DNA of 62,710 nucleotides, counting the filler, from Sphacelaria rigidula (lineage: Eukaryota): the NCBI GenBank assembly GCA_964200075.2. It is 10 parts of 10 records of this genome, joined end to end, with 100 filler letters (N's around TTAATTAATTAA, not from the genome) between each part and the next. Parts side by side here need not be neighbours in the genome. Positions count along the whole stretch, not along the records: positions 12,563 to 18,743 come from CAXNAA020021690.1; positions 18,844 to 25,024 come from CAXNAA020021691.1; positions 25,125 to 31,305 come from CAXNAA020021692.1; 7 more parts are not named here. The stretch is one strand, 5' to 3'. Numbering within the stretch: position 1 is the stretch's first letter; every line of letters starts with the position of its first letter. The position numbers and the translations under genes were made by a program. The notes under the pieces were generated by a model that did not search any database, had not been told where the DNA came from, and worked only from the letters and a program-made list of their open reading frames with translations. Positions 12,743 through 25,442 of this stretch are shown here, piece after piece.

Positions 12743-15700
12743 CTCAGGCACCAAGACTTGATGTGCAGCTCCCGCACATGTGTCGGTGCGTCGTGTGAGA
12801 AAGTTCGCTCAAATCGTTGCCATGTGTGGGGAGTTATGCGCCGTGAATTTGTGAGCTATGGCACAGCGGCATGACAACACAAAAAAATGATATTGGAACT
12901 GAAAAATTAGACTTGGGGACACACGCACACGCACATGACGAGAGGATGGGGGGGGGGGAGATTCCTCCGTTACAGAGAGCCGAACACGTCTAATCCCACA
13001 CGAAATTCGGTGCACGCACGCGAAAACACCAACCGGAACGAAGGTGAGGAAAAAAAACCCGATAATGATGACAATGACGACAAAGTCAGTGACAATACTG
13101 GCGTACCACGGTGATCACTGCCTGACAGGTAGCCGCGCCCTTGGCACGCTCATCCTCCGCCTGCCACCTCAACTTCTGCACCATTTCCACATCCAGCGGC
13201 TGGGCAATCACAATGGCCAACCCTTCGTCGGCCGGTCCTCTCATGGGAACCGGCCTTGCGTAACGGAAGTGAAAAAAAACATGAAAAAGGGCGAAAGCGT
13301 AGCGCGATAGGGACGCAGGAGCACGGGGAAAAGTGTAGCAATGCTGAACTGCAAAAAACTGGTTGTCACCGTTAGCTCGGTCAAACAACCAACACAGCGC
13401 AAACTACATGCCTCCGACCCAATAAACGCAACAAACCCCCAGGGTCGATAGTAAACGTGAAATAATAACACAAAATATTGTAAGCAAGTGCACGTCACTA
13501 TCAAGGCGAGTTAAAGAGAACAGCACGCGAAATGACTGATTCTACCCGACGAGTCTCCTGATCAAGTACATTACTATGGAGTGGTGAAGGAAAAAAAACA
13601 TCAATTGACGGGAAGTGCCTCGTCGACCGAAATTCAAAAACAGTGCTCAACTATTTTTTGCTAAAAGTCCCTGGGCCATAAGGTAGGCACGACCCAGTGG
13701 TCTACAAGTCGAGACAGGCAGTGTTGAGATCTAAATCTTGATTGAACCCCACTCACAATGTGAAGGCTACGTAGGAGAGCAGTGAAACAAACCACGGCCC
13801 TCACCATTCTCGTCAGTGAGGAGTTGGTGTGAAGTCACGGTACAGATTTTATGTGAAACGATGCACACGCCTGTGCATAGAAATGCCGGAACGTTGTGCA
13901 CTGAACTATTTTCCCATCTTCTCGTGTCACCCACCCCAAACCTCACTCCACCTCGCCTCTCCCCACCCTCCGTCTCCAAACCTCTCTCTTGCCACGTCCG
14001 ACAACACACGTCACACGTCACGTCTGCGCTCACCAATAACTGCGGTTCTTAGAGTCCACCAGCACAGCTCCGGGGGGGTCAACGTCTGCAATCGCAAGCA
14101 GATCCTCAAGGCTCATCCCTGCAGAGTTCTCTTTGGATTCGCCACCACTGCCGCTTCGCCCCCCTTCCCCGTCTTTATCCCACCTTTGCGCCAAGGCTTC
14201 TTCGGATGAGAAAGGCTTCGAAGCCGCGACCGCCCAGCTCCTCCTGTTGCCCATCTGCCCCGGCATGCGCCGGCAGCGCAGAGCGGCACTGAAACATCGT
14301 AACGCCTTCATGCGTGGAAAACTCCTGGACACGAGGGAGAATAACAAAAAAGAGGTGTTAACGGATGTGTGGATGACATCTCAACCAAACGATCTGTCAG
14401 TGCGCGCGGTGGAGATGGGAAAGGGAGAATAGGGGCGGGGGGATATGTGTTAGTATAAATAGTTTGGAGTACACATTGTATACTAAACAACTAAACAACT
14501 TCACTCACTACACAATCATAGAAACTCTACAGGTGAGTTCTCTCTTCGATGATGACAGAAGAGGTGTGGAGTAAGGCATGTAGCGTAGGGATACGGATTC
14601 TTTGAGGGGCAGATCCATACGTGTGTTGATTTCGTGTGGTGGAAGCCTAATTTGCTCACGTGGATGGCCATCTCGTCAAAATTTGTTTCCCAAGCTTCCT
14701 ACTACCTGAATCCTCACTGTGGAGGTACGGCCAATAGTCGGTATCTCATACGGCTTCTTCCCGCTGCCTCTGCGTCACTCTGCGAGTGAAGATGGCATGG
14801 TGATTTTGGGCGTATGACCGCAAAAAGTAGAAGATACGTCTATTTGAGTGAAAGGAGGTCAACTATATGCATCATGATCTACTGTATTGTTCACCGACAA
14901 GACGGATGGCAGTTGCCACACCAGAGCTTGTACACTAAAGGAGGGTAACGTTTCGATGACGTGACCCCACGTATGCAACAGGACTTAGCACGTGAATTTA
15001 ACATGCGGCGTGACGCCTGTAGACATTTCTAGTGTAGGCTCAGTTACAGATTGCACACCGAATAAAATTATTATCTATGGTGAAGTACTTCGTAGAATTT
15101 GACCGCACAGCACAATGGAGTAGTCTCACTCTTGCTAATGTTTTGGAAACAAGATCACGTAACTTCGCCAAGAACCTGTGCCTGGGAGTCTTGGACCCAT
15201 TCGCAACTTGGGTCTGGACTCGTACCCCACAATGACACATTTACCCCCGAAACGGGAGGGGGGTTAAAAGTCCCTGCAGAAATTGACGAACGGCAGGGTT
15301 GGGCGTGAACCGTAGACCAGGATGTATGCGACCCCAGGTTAACCCTTCGATCGCGACGGTAGGTCGCCTGCTGAATCGGCATCAGTATTCACTTGTAAAC
15401 AGTATGTGTTATCCAGATGGACTACCCGCACCGCGGTCCAAGGGTTGATGAGCTTCAGGGATCCAGAATCGCATTAGCATGGGGTAGTACTCGGGGGGCG
15501 TCCTATCGTCGACGCCAACTGTGATATAGATGGAGGGAGGTAATGCGTTGGCTGGGGTCTCTCATCACAAGTGCCAGGAGATACCATGGTTCTAGCTAAC
15601 CACGCTCCCACGTGGGCACATCGTACAAACCTTAGCTCCTCCATCATGCAATCATACCTAAATTCTCATGTATAAGTAACTGCTGGAAGACTGAGACTCA

Positions 15701-17595
15701 CATGTTGATAGCATATATTATACCTATGAGCAGCTCTCTAACTCAGTACAGCCGGGGCGCAGCCATAGCAAAGCGTGACGATGGTGCCAGGGTAGAAGGA
15801 GTAACCAGGTGAGCCAGCAAGGCAAGCCAGCAAGTGACAAGGTGTGGCAGTGGCTTCCACCCACGCCCAAAATATCGCCATAATAATGACAGTGACAAAC
15901 GCTATACAACGCGTCACGGAACCCAGGGTCTACGAGCACACCCGCAAATCGTAATATCTTGCAACGCCTCTGAGCCTCATCACACTAGCCCACCCTAGAC
16001 GAGTCTTTATGCAGTTGAATCAACATCACCTCGGCACAATGTAATTGTGCCGAGCAACTTCAAAATTTCAACGAGAAGGGGCTCTTGTACACACACACGT
16101 GGAAAAACATGAGGCGCAGAAAAAATTAATTAATTAATGAATAAAGTCGCCAAGGCAATTCTTTCCCACGCCTCCATGGGCAAGCATCACTGCAACCCGC
16201 CACATCAAGCGTTTCAATCCGCAGGAAGAAATCGTTGTATCTACGTGACACTCACTGCCCATGTTGAACAAGACAACACAAACGCAAGTCCATCTACAAG
16301 GAAAACACCAAATGGTCCGTACGCGTAGACTTTATATTCCAACATGTGAGTCTCAGTCTTCCAGCAGTTACTTATACATGAGAACTTAGGCATGATTGCA
16401 TGTAACGATGCGCCCACGTGGGAGCGTGGTTAGCTGGAACCATGGTATCTCCTGGCACTCGTGCTGAGAGACCCCAGCCAATACATCAGCTTACTCCATC
16501 TATATCACATTTGGCGTCGACTCACCCAGGGGGGGTGATGAACGACGTACCCCCGAACACTAAACACTGTAGATACCAACAGGATATCAAAACGAGCCGA
16601 AAACTCACCAGCACTTGGAGATGTTATGCAGGGGGTGGATAGTGTACCAAGTATCATCACTACAGATTGCGAAATAAGGTAGAAGTGTCTCTTTGTTTCC
16701 TGAGAGACGTACGACCATTCCCCGACCGCGGGTACGAGATCTTACAGATCATTTTGGCCTAATTCAGCGATTGCAACACAGGTGTGCACATTGTCGTCTG
16801 GTCGGCGTGGACGAGTTCGGCAGAAGCCTTGATAAGCATTTAAGATGTTCATGAAGAAAAAAACGTGCACACTCGTTTTTGCTCCGTTGAACCCGTTTGT
16901 TCAAATCTTCCTTCATTCCTCTTGTCTTCTCCCTTTGTCGGGTTTACTGTTCTTGTTTTGTTCAACTTGGGTGCACCACTCGTCTGACTTCTCGGGGATC
17001 AGTAAATGTGCGACAATCGATCAATCAGTCGAGTGTTCATTCACCACAATAAAGGATCATCTCGTAATCCGACTCACGCTCTGCATCGCGTTTTTCACGC
17101 CAACCTCACTCACAGCGCTAAACACAACGGCATGGAAAAGCCATACAAAATCATCACAAACGACCGACGTTTCAGTTTTCACAAGCCCGAAATCCGAACT
17201 GATTGAAAAAAACAGCGAGCGGGTGAGGAGAAACGTGACACTGTGGGTGGGGCGAGAGTATTAGGAAAGGATGCGCTGAAGTTAAACAATCCAGAAGGGA
17301 TCTTGTAACAGCGGGGGGAAAACAATCAACACACACGATAGGATTGTTACTCTTTTGATCTCTCAATGAAAAGCTTACCTCATTTCCAATATTTCTTCCA
17401 AAAACGTTGCCGACGCCATCAAAAGCGCTGCCCGTGCTGTCTCGCCCCACCCGTGACCAACTCCTTCCTGATTCTCTGGCCGCCCCTTCGCCGAGCCCGG
17501 ACTCTCTGGACACTGACTCCCAGGTAAATCGCTCACGACAACGGCCTCCAACGCCAACATCTCCCCGGGGGTTACTTCTTCAATGTACTCCGCGG
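12743..17595 (-). CDS. Partial spliced gene, unknown protein; exons 17595-17379, 14324-14034, 13254-13107, 12855-12743
   Basis: All exons are bounded by AG/GT (donors GTAAGC, GTGAGC, GTACGC, GTGAAA) with matching phases 2, 2, 0. Joined frame is open: AEYIEEVTPGEMLALEAVV...FLEEILEMR|SFPRMKALRCF...DSKNRSYW|PVPMRGPADEG...QAVITV|LTNSRRITPHTWQRFERTF...KSWCLR. Both ends are unresolved. Confidence 0.7.
15339..15448. mobile_element. piggyBac-type MITE (~100 bp)
   Basis: TTAA|CCCTTCGATCGCG ... CGCGGTCCAAGGG|TTGA. Same internal sequence (CCTGCTGAATCGGCA, ATGGACTAC) as the copies at 30764-30865 and 55731-55853. Confidence 0.8.
15508..16521. repeat. ~190-bp inverted repeat pair (15508-15707 / 16340-16521) around a ~630-bp spacer, intronic
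   Basis: ...GTAACTGCTGGAAGACTGAGACTCACATGTTG is the reverse complement of CAACATGTGAGTCTCAGTCTTCCAGCAGTTAC...; the match extends to GTCGACGCCAA / TTGGCGTCGAC. Confidence 0.88.
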
Positions 17596-17807
17596 CTTTG
17601 TGTGGTACATGCAGCAAACGGATAAGGAGTACAGAGGCAACACGGAAGTCGGTGGGGAAGGCGGGGACGGTGGGGGGGGGGGGGGGGGGGGAACCCCTAA
17701 TAATCCTGCAGGCCACGGGGGGGGGGCCTGTGCCCCCCCACTCCCAAAAACCCAGGGAGGCGCCCCCCGGTTTTNNNNNNNNNNGTGTGGCGGCGGAAGG
17801 GAGTGAG

Positions 17808-17859
<52 letters not shown>

Positions 17860-17879
<20 letters not shown>

Positions 17880-18743
17880 ACTCCTTATAATCCTGCATGC
17901 CACAGGCAGGAGGCCATTGACCTCGCACTCCTACAAAGCCAGGACGGATCACGCCGGGTTTTCGCCGCACAAGGCTCTTAAGCACCAAGCGTGAAGCGCC
18001 GTGATGTGCCATGGTGAGCTACAACCTGCTATGATTTTTCGGCCCGAAGCGCACTGATTATCTTGCAATCGGATGACAACCTACAGTGGGTTCCTTCATC
18101 TTCCGGTGTTTCCACTTCCTGAGACAACCACGGGTTAGTCGAACAATAGTCGGCGGCGGCGGGGGGGGGGTGAGATGTACTCATGATTCTGCATGTCGCA
18201 GTCATATGACCATTGACCTCGTATCCCTGCAAGCACAGACGGAGCACACCGAGTTTTCGCAGGACCTGGCTTGCAGTCATCAAGCGCGGAGCGCCGTAAT
18301 GTGCCCGGCGAGTCGCATGACGGCTGAGCTGCGTCTTGGCAATATTTTTCGGCCCGAAGCATACTAATTATCTTGCATATGGACGACAGCCCACAATGAA
18401 ATGCTTCATTTAAAGGTCTCGCCACTTCCAGAGACAGCCACGGGACGAACCTTGTGCCCATGGGTGCCTCACAATGTAAAACAGTACGGAGTACGATCAT
18501 CCCCTTTGCGCGGGGTCAAAAATCTCCACCCCGCACAATATGATCTAACTCGACCACCATCATTATTACCGCAAAAACAAACGCAAGCGAGAAAAAACGA
18601 TCAGCTGGTTGTCTAGATTACGCAGTTAGTGGCGTGTTTTACTGCGTCGTTGCTACGCCAATGCTCGGGAGGGGGGGGGGGGGGGGGTACTCATGACCAT
18701 GGCCGGCGTGGTAACCAGACCATTGCCCTCGCGTCCCAACAAA
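17860..18743. repeat. Diverged ~290-300-bp tandem repeat headed by G-runs (about 2.3 units)
   Basis: Units at ~17860, ~18160 and a partial one at ~18670 share G-run-(T)ACTC..AT..T(C)CTGCATG, CCATTG(A/C)CCTCG, TTTTTCGGCCCGAAGC and CCACTTCC(T/A)GAGACA.CCACGGG. Confidence 0.75.
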
Positions 18744-20260
18744 NNNNNNNNNNNNNNNNNNNNNNNNNNNNNNNNNNNNNNNNNNNNTTAATTAATTAAN
18801 NNNNNNNNNNNNNNNNNNNNNNNNNNNNNNNNNNNNNNNNNNNCGGTAGTGTTTGATTTGACTCTGCGTTGGGTTGTAAGAATCTCCGTCCGGTTTATTG
18901 TGAGTCTCCCGGAGTCACAACTCTCGAACGGAGCCTTCCGAAGTACATCACTCATCAAGCAAACCTTCAAGGCTTGATCCTAGACTGAGATATCATCCTA
19001 CTGCCTGTCAGTTGGGTGTCATCCCATCTCCGCGTGGAACGGAACAGATAATGAGTCCGGGTTTGTCGGATACACGCTGTATTGTCCGAAAGGAAACACA
19101 CGTCTACGGAAGGAGTGTCATCCCCATTACATCGGCGTCGTGAAGTTGACCCGTGTCTGTGATCGCATACGCACGACAGCTCTCATATTTGGGAAATCAG
19201 CCGAAACGCCTTGCCAAGACACTGCAACTCTCACCATGTTTCTTCGTTACCAGTGGAAGTGGCCAACATACACGTGTATCTCAAGAGAGATACTTTGAAT
19301 CTCGAACAATTATGCAGGATACTCCCTGAATGCGGTACAAGAACATGTTCATGTTTCAGATTGCGCAAAATATTAATTGTACAGTCTAATGATTGCGTAG
19401 CGCGAAATGCATCGACAAGAACGCCTGCCCGCCGGTATGCCCCCTTCCGCGAGCACATCATTTTGTTTCGACAAAATGGCAAGTATTACACGCAACGTCA
19501 TATGTACATCTATCGTGAGATGGTGCTGAACACTTTGTCGCGCAGAAAAATCAATATCGACTCCAACAACGGCGCTCAACGGTACTAAGGCCACCGTACA
19601 ATGAGTTTCCGAGTAAAACAACGACCAGACACAGGGCAACCCTCCCGTACCATTCCGTACACCATTACACTACCGGTTACACTACATGTATGAACAAGTA
19701 ACCCGGACGAACTCACGGAATTACTACGAACAACCTGAACCCCGGATACTCCGGAAATAAAAAGACGACATCAGTGATGGTCGTCGCCGGCCAAGAAGGT
19801 GCCGAACGAGTCCCTCCCGGACGAAAACGGCAAAGCAAAAACAAAATCCAAACACCATGCCCATGTGAAGTCGCGCTCGAGGGGACGCTCCTGGTGACTC
19901 AGTTGTACTGGGACGTCAAAAGGCGTTTATGTTTCATTCTTCCAGTATACATTGCGTTTTGTTCGAATACGCACATCGAGAGGTTACACCGACTTCCTCG
20001 AGGAAGTAAAATAGTGTGATGCCATTGGCGGGTCGGGTTGGTCACCCCGCGACTACAAGCCGAACGTAGCTACAGTATAGCAGCGATCGTGCCAAGCGGA
20101 AGATGTTCCTGATCCTTCTCTGGTTAGTGTATCTCCACCAACAGGGATCAGGCTTGATAGAGTGGGATAATCCGCCAACTATGATGGGCGTACAAACCCT
20201 ACACTTCCATCGATCTTTCCGACTGGCGCGGCCCCAACAGGCTGAGGGCACAGGCACCGC

Positions 20261-23200
20261 TTACATGGCGGTTGGGCCAACGGTAGGCATCGGTGTGGTG
20301 GGCGCGGGTGTAGGTGCAGGGGGTACATCTGAAGGGACAAATGTTGTAACGGACGAGGTGAAGCAGAGGACGGCGTGCGAAAGCAACAACGGCAGTGGCA
20401 AGATGGGGTGGTCATCTCAGGACAGAATGTGACACCAACGCGTTGCTTGCAAAGATGTTGGCCATGCTGTGGTAGAGAGATGGCATTGCAGACACGAATA
20501 TACAGTCACCCACGACGGCACAAGAGGGACGAACGCTGTCGGTTGCAAACGATACTTACGAACTTCCCTGCGTTCTCGACACTTGATGCCGTACAACCAC
20601 TTTCTATGCCCATCATTTCAAGCGTTCGGAGTATGAAACACCAGGAACTTTGCCAAATCTGTTCGGGGTACACAGCTTGCTGACTTGAAACAGAAGAACG
20701 CCGTTGGTGGCAAACGATATTCTACACGCTGTTTCTGCGCTCACGACACCTCATTCCACTCAGCTACGATATCGGGACCCTGGCAAAAAAGTGGGTCAAA
20801 GGAATAGGACGCCGAGCTTTTCATAATATCAGAGTCTCCCGGCTGGGTACTGCCTTGAACTTTCAAATGTTGACCTACCTTTCTTCTGCCTGTCCGGATG
20901 AGAGATATCAAGACCAATCGAGGGCGGCCCTGCAGCAGCACAGCAGCGGCACAGTACTGTTCGTACAGCGCGTGTATTCAGCATGCCCACACACATATTC
21001 GGACAGAAGAGATATATCTTCCCCCGTACCCCCCCCCTCCGTCCCCTGGTCCCATTGTTCTGGTGATGAAATAAATCAGTGCACACGGAAGCCTCCACCC
21101 CTACATCCCCCCCCCCCCCCCCACATGTGAACCAAAAATACGACACACGCGCTGTTTCATTCCGCGTGATGGATGCCACGGCTCTTCTCAACGTAAAGTC
21201 CCAGGTGGACTCGTTGGAGCACAATGTGCGAATTGGAAAAGTGCGGTTTTCCGCTCGCATACTGTAGAAGGAGATACAGTCAGGGTGAACCCGTTTCTGG
21301 TTTCTCGTCAGGGGATCGATACTGTACTTCTGTTGCGGACTGTTACAAAACCTCGGAATAGGAGAAACAATGAACTTTGCCACGCCTGTTTGAGTGCACG
21401 GATGGTTGATCTGAGGGAAAAGGCGAGGGCTAAGCTGCGATATCACCAGAGAGACGCCTGGCGGGCGTATCATGGCGACCGTGCTGCACGTTCATCGACA
21501 CTTTATTACACGGGGCTCGACCACCAACATATGTGTGCATGGACTGTTCTCCACGAATTCGATGGCTGTCCAGTTGCCGTACTACTCTGTCACCGTCGTG
21601 AGAATTTTCGTAGCTGTCGATACCTACAACGCAGTCAAGAGTAGCACGGAGGGAGTACCAAACAGAACTTCGATCTCTGCTTGAGCGTCAGTCGTCCTTT
21701 TCGGTCAACGTGGGGATTGCTTCGATCAAGGGACCTACTCGGTAGAGAAACCGCAGCGCGAGTTTCGTCCGGCATATGCCTGGTTCGGAAAATATGTAAG
21801 CTGACACGCATACCGCACAATCAGAAGGTACGAATTGAACACAAAGAGAAGAAACCCAAATACGCCAAGATGGCACAAATGCGCACAGGCCCCTCGCGAA
21901 GGCCGCTGCTGCAGTGCATTTCACGTAATGAAGCGCACTTTACGAAACCTCAGTGGAGGGCGCGTTTTTGGTACACCGGGGCTATCAGTGCTGGGGGCTG
22001 AGCCGCGAAAACCAGCGCAGCCGATCGCTCGGTTCAGTAGTGCACATGTTTTTACTTTTATCGTTCTTATTCATGTATAGTCTAGTTCACAATGTCGGTG
22101 CTTACATGGGTTGAAGATGCACTCGATCAGAATCACGCAGGACGCGGTGGGACATATGACCAAGATCCCGAAGGCCGGGGTCCAGACAGGCAACAAGGTC
22201 GCAGCCGTGACGGGAGTGTTGCCGACGAAGACCGAGTTGACAAGCACGTTCAGCCAGTAGAATCCGAGTCCGCTGACGCCAGTGATCCGAGAAAAGTTGA
22301 TATAGAACTGGTTGAGGAAGGCAGCGAGGTCGAGATGCATAAGGACGGAAGAGGTCAGCGGCGATCAGTCCAGCAAGTTTCCGTGTTGATTTTGGTTGTG
22401 GGTGTCGTTTTTATCGTCGACGGTATATCTGAGAGCATCGCACTTTTAATTACGCATCGGTGCTACTGGATAGTATGTGCCACCGAATATTACGTTGTAC
22501 TCTGGCGCTGGGGCGCAACTTTCATGACTGTTCAATTTCGCGAGGCGATCGTGTTATCTCAACCGAACTTCACCCAACCCGTCCACCCAGCCGGACCCAG
22601 CCACCCACACACCAGACCACTCATTCGCACGCCGTGGTATCCAGAGTGGACAGACACTCCGGAACGGGTACATTTTGGCCGCGACAGCTCGTTCTTCACA
22701 CAATTGGTTTCTTTCGGTATGATGCGCATCCCAAGCGGCAAGAGCAGGACAAGCCAAGGAGGAGGCAAGCACCGACTCGGACACGTATCACGTCGCCAGT
22801 GATGGGGCATATATGTAGGTTGGCAACGAGGCAAAAGATCGGAATGTTGTAGATAGACGGTGATCACAGGCGTTTGAATACAGGTGTAGGAGTGTGGACT
22901 TGAATCGTTGCGAACATCGCGCACCCCTCTGCCTTTGACGTCACAGCAAGAAGAAAATAACGGCTCGAACCTTGGCTGAGGTGTGACTCGCATGTGCTAC
23001 CGCGAATGGAATGAGCTGTGGCGGGGAACTCGTCTGACTGTGGGCGACGAACGTATTCGCTCCTTACTCTGCAGTCACATCATCCATCGCTGGGGCCCGC
23101 GCCGCCTGAAATCGCACTCACCGCACGAAGCCCCTGCAAATCGCGACCGTCGCCACGGAGCCATTGCTGTCCATCGAGTGCCTCCATCAACTGTCGCCGA

Positions 23201-24947
23201 TCCGCCGGCGTTACGGTGGCAATTACGTCGCCCGCTGGTTGATTGGTGTCCTGCTCAACCACCCTTAGCGATATCTCCCTCTGATCCTGAGCTGCGGTTT
23301 CCAGGTCGCCATACCCCACGGTCACCGCCGCGACTGTTGTGTTGGCCCCCTGAGGCGGAGTAGGTGGCGAAGTGATCGCGGCAGTTGGTGCAGGTGTAGG
23401 CGCTTCATCTGCAGGGACCAGTGTCGTGGTAGAGGCAAGGCAGCAGAGGACGACGCGCAAAAATGACGACGACTGTTGTAGAACTCCGTGGTCGCCTTAG
23501 GACGGGATGTATCGGCATCACATCACTTGCAGATCCATCTGTGGGCCATACCGTGGCAAAGACGTAGCCGTAGAGGGGACACTTTCTACGATAGCCCCGC
23601 CCCCAAAACCAGCCCAAAGGTGCCACGAGAACAACGGTCATACAGCGCCTGATGTTTGCGTTCAGGCTGCATGAAGTGCATTTTCTTGGCAGCATTGGCG
23701 AGAACGAACCCAAGCGTGGGAATTTCTAGTTTTTCGTTTTGCCCGGCGTTTTCCATTTCTATTTACGTGAAGATTTTGCCCCCCCGAAACCGTGCACTTT
23801 TGTTTTCGGGGGGGAGGGGGAGGGCTATGGTAAAACGTTCGAGACACGAATAGTTAGCCACCAAAGCATGGCACCGACGAACGCCGCCGGCATTTGACGG
23901 TGTTCTAAACATTCTCCTGCGCTCAGGGGACCGCATGCCGTGTAGCTACTTGTTCTGCCAGATATTACAAGAATCCGCTTGGAAAGCCGTGAACTCTGCC
24001 AAGCTGTCTCGGTGCACGACTCGTTGACCTGAGGCACCAGGGCTAAGCCACGAGGCTACCGGAGGAAACGCCTAGACGTACCATGAAAACCGTGCTGCAT
24101 TATGTTGTACTTCATTACGCAAGGGAACAAGGCTTAGCTATCAACATGTGGACGTATTCGGCCTCAGGTACATGGGCTGCGTTTCATGAATCGGTTGGCC
24201 CTGTGCTTGCGGTACTGCTCCTTCACCGTGATCAGAAGCTTCATAACTGTACATCTCGTCCGACGCATTCAAGATTGGTGTGAAGGGCGTAACGAACGGA
24301 GCGTGCGCTGAGTTTGATCGCTGCTCAAGCATCCGCCCCAGCTTGGGATCAACGTGGAAATTTCCTCAATCAAGGGACCTACTCGGCCGAGCAATCGCGG
24401 CGAGGAAACTTGGTCAAGCACCTGCCTAACCTTATGCCCCTCGCCGAGAGGGAATGAGTCGAATACCAACGAAGTCAAGCCGAGTACACCACGGGTGCAG
24501 AACTGCGCACTGCACGCTGGCCCTTGGCGGCGGTCGCATCTACGGCGTATACTACGCCTTGGGGCACCCATTTCAAAATCTCAGTCGAGGGCGTGTTGTT
24601 GGTCTACAGAAGGCACCGGTGCTATTTGCTATAGTCCGCGGAAAACATGGGCACCTATCGCCCCTTTCGTGAGTCACATTTCCACTTCCACTTGATGGCG
24701 GTGATATCGTGCATCTTCGATCCAGCGCATGAAACCGGTCCTTACATGCAGTAAAGAAGGCCCTAACCTCAACGAGGCACCGGGTGCTGGAACATGTGAC
24801 GGGGATGACGTAGGGCGGAGACCAGACGGGGAACGCAACGGCAGGCGTGGTCGGAGTGTTGCCGACGAAGGCCGAGTTGACATCTACGCCAATCCAGTAG
24901 TATCCAAACTGCGACATGCCCTCGATTCGAGCGAATGCTAGCTCAAA
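20261..24947 (-). CDS. Partial spliced gene (3' part): internally duplicated protein of divergent C2-like beta-sandwich repeats with Pro/Thr-rich inserts; exons 24947-24746, 23408-23122, 22307-22106, 20328-20261(stop)
   Basis: CAG acceptors with pyrimidine tracts; donors GTAAGG, GTGAGT, GTAAGC; phases 1, 0, 1 are compatible. Two paralogous 202-bp exons (FELAFARIEGM...YYWIGVDVNSAFVGNTP...PVWSPPYVIPVTC / FYINFSRITGV...FYWLNVLVNSVFVGNTP...PVWTPAFGILVIC), each followed by an exon starting with APTPAPT. Confidence 0.8.
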
Positions 24948-25442
24948 CTGGCCAAGAAAGACAGCGATGCGGGGGTGCACAGCAGCGGAATAGATCAGCG
25001 GCCATGAGTTGATCAAGTTCAGGTNNNNNNNNNNNNNNNNNNNNNNNNNNNNNNNNNNNNNNNNNNNNTTAATTAATTAANNNNNNNNNNNNNNNNNNNN
25101 NNNNNNNNNNNNNNNNNNNNNNNNATGTCAAATCGACGGGAAAGTCAATTGTTTCGGGTCTCCCTCTGAATCTGAAACTACGTTCTGAATCTCACGAATA
25201 TCGTGTTATACTTGTGCATCTAGAATCGTTAGGCACCCCTGAACCAGACAACATTTTGCGCAAACAATGCACCCCTACGGTAGCATCGCTCGCAATATTT
25301 CAGAGTCTGACTCCAGGAATGGGCCTGAGCTTATGCAAATAAGCGCTTCCTGTGTAACAGCCTGTGTTACATGATGATTGAAAAATCATGTTATCACCCA
25401 TATTTTCCCAGAAATAAGGCATGTATTTGACGGAAATCAAAC

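Noticed and set aside
14200..14311. Mitochondrial transit peptide MKALRCFSAALRCRR...
   Set aside because: The exon has an upstream acceptor in phase with exon 17595-17379, so the Met is probably internal.
16126..16137. Extra TTAATTAATTAA linker
   Set aside because: No flanking Ns and off the 6,281-bp period; a natural (TTAA)n run.
17572..18012. Poly-Pro/poly-Gly ORFs and G-quadruplex-like G run
   Set aside because: A ~70-nt pure G run beside a 10-N gap, with an error-rich duplicate of the adjacent sequence; likely a sequencing/assembly artefact.
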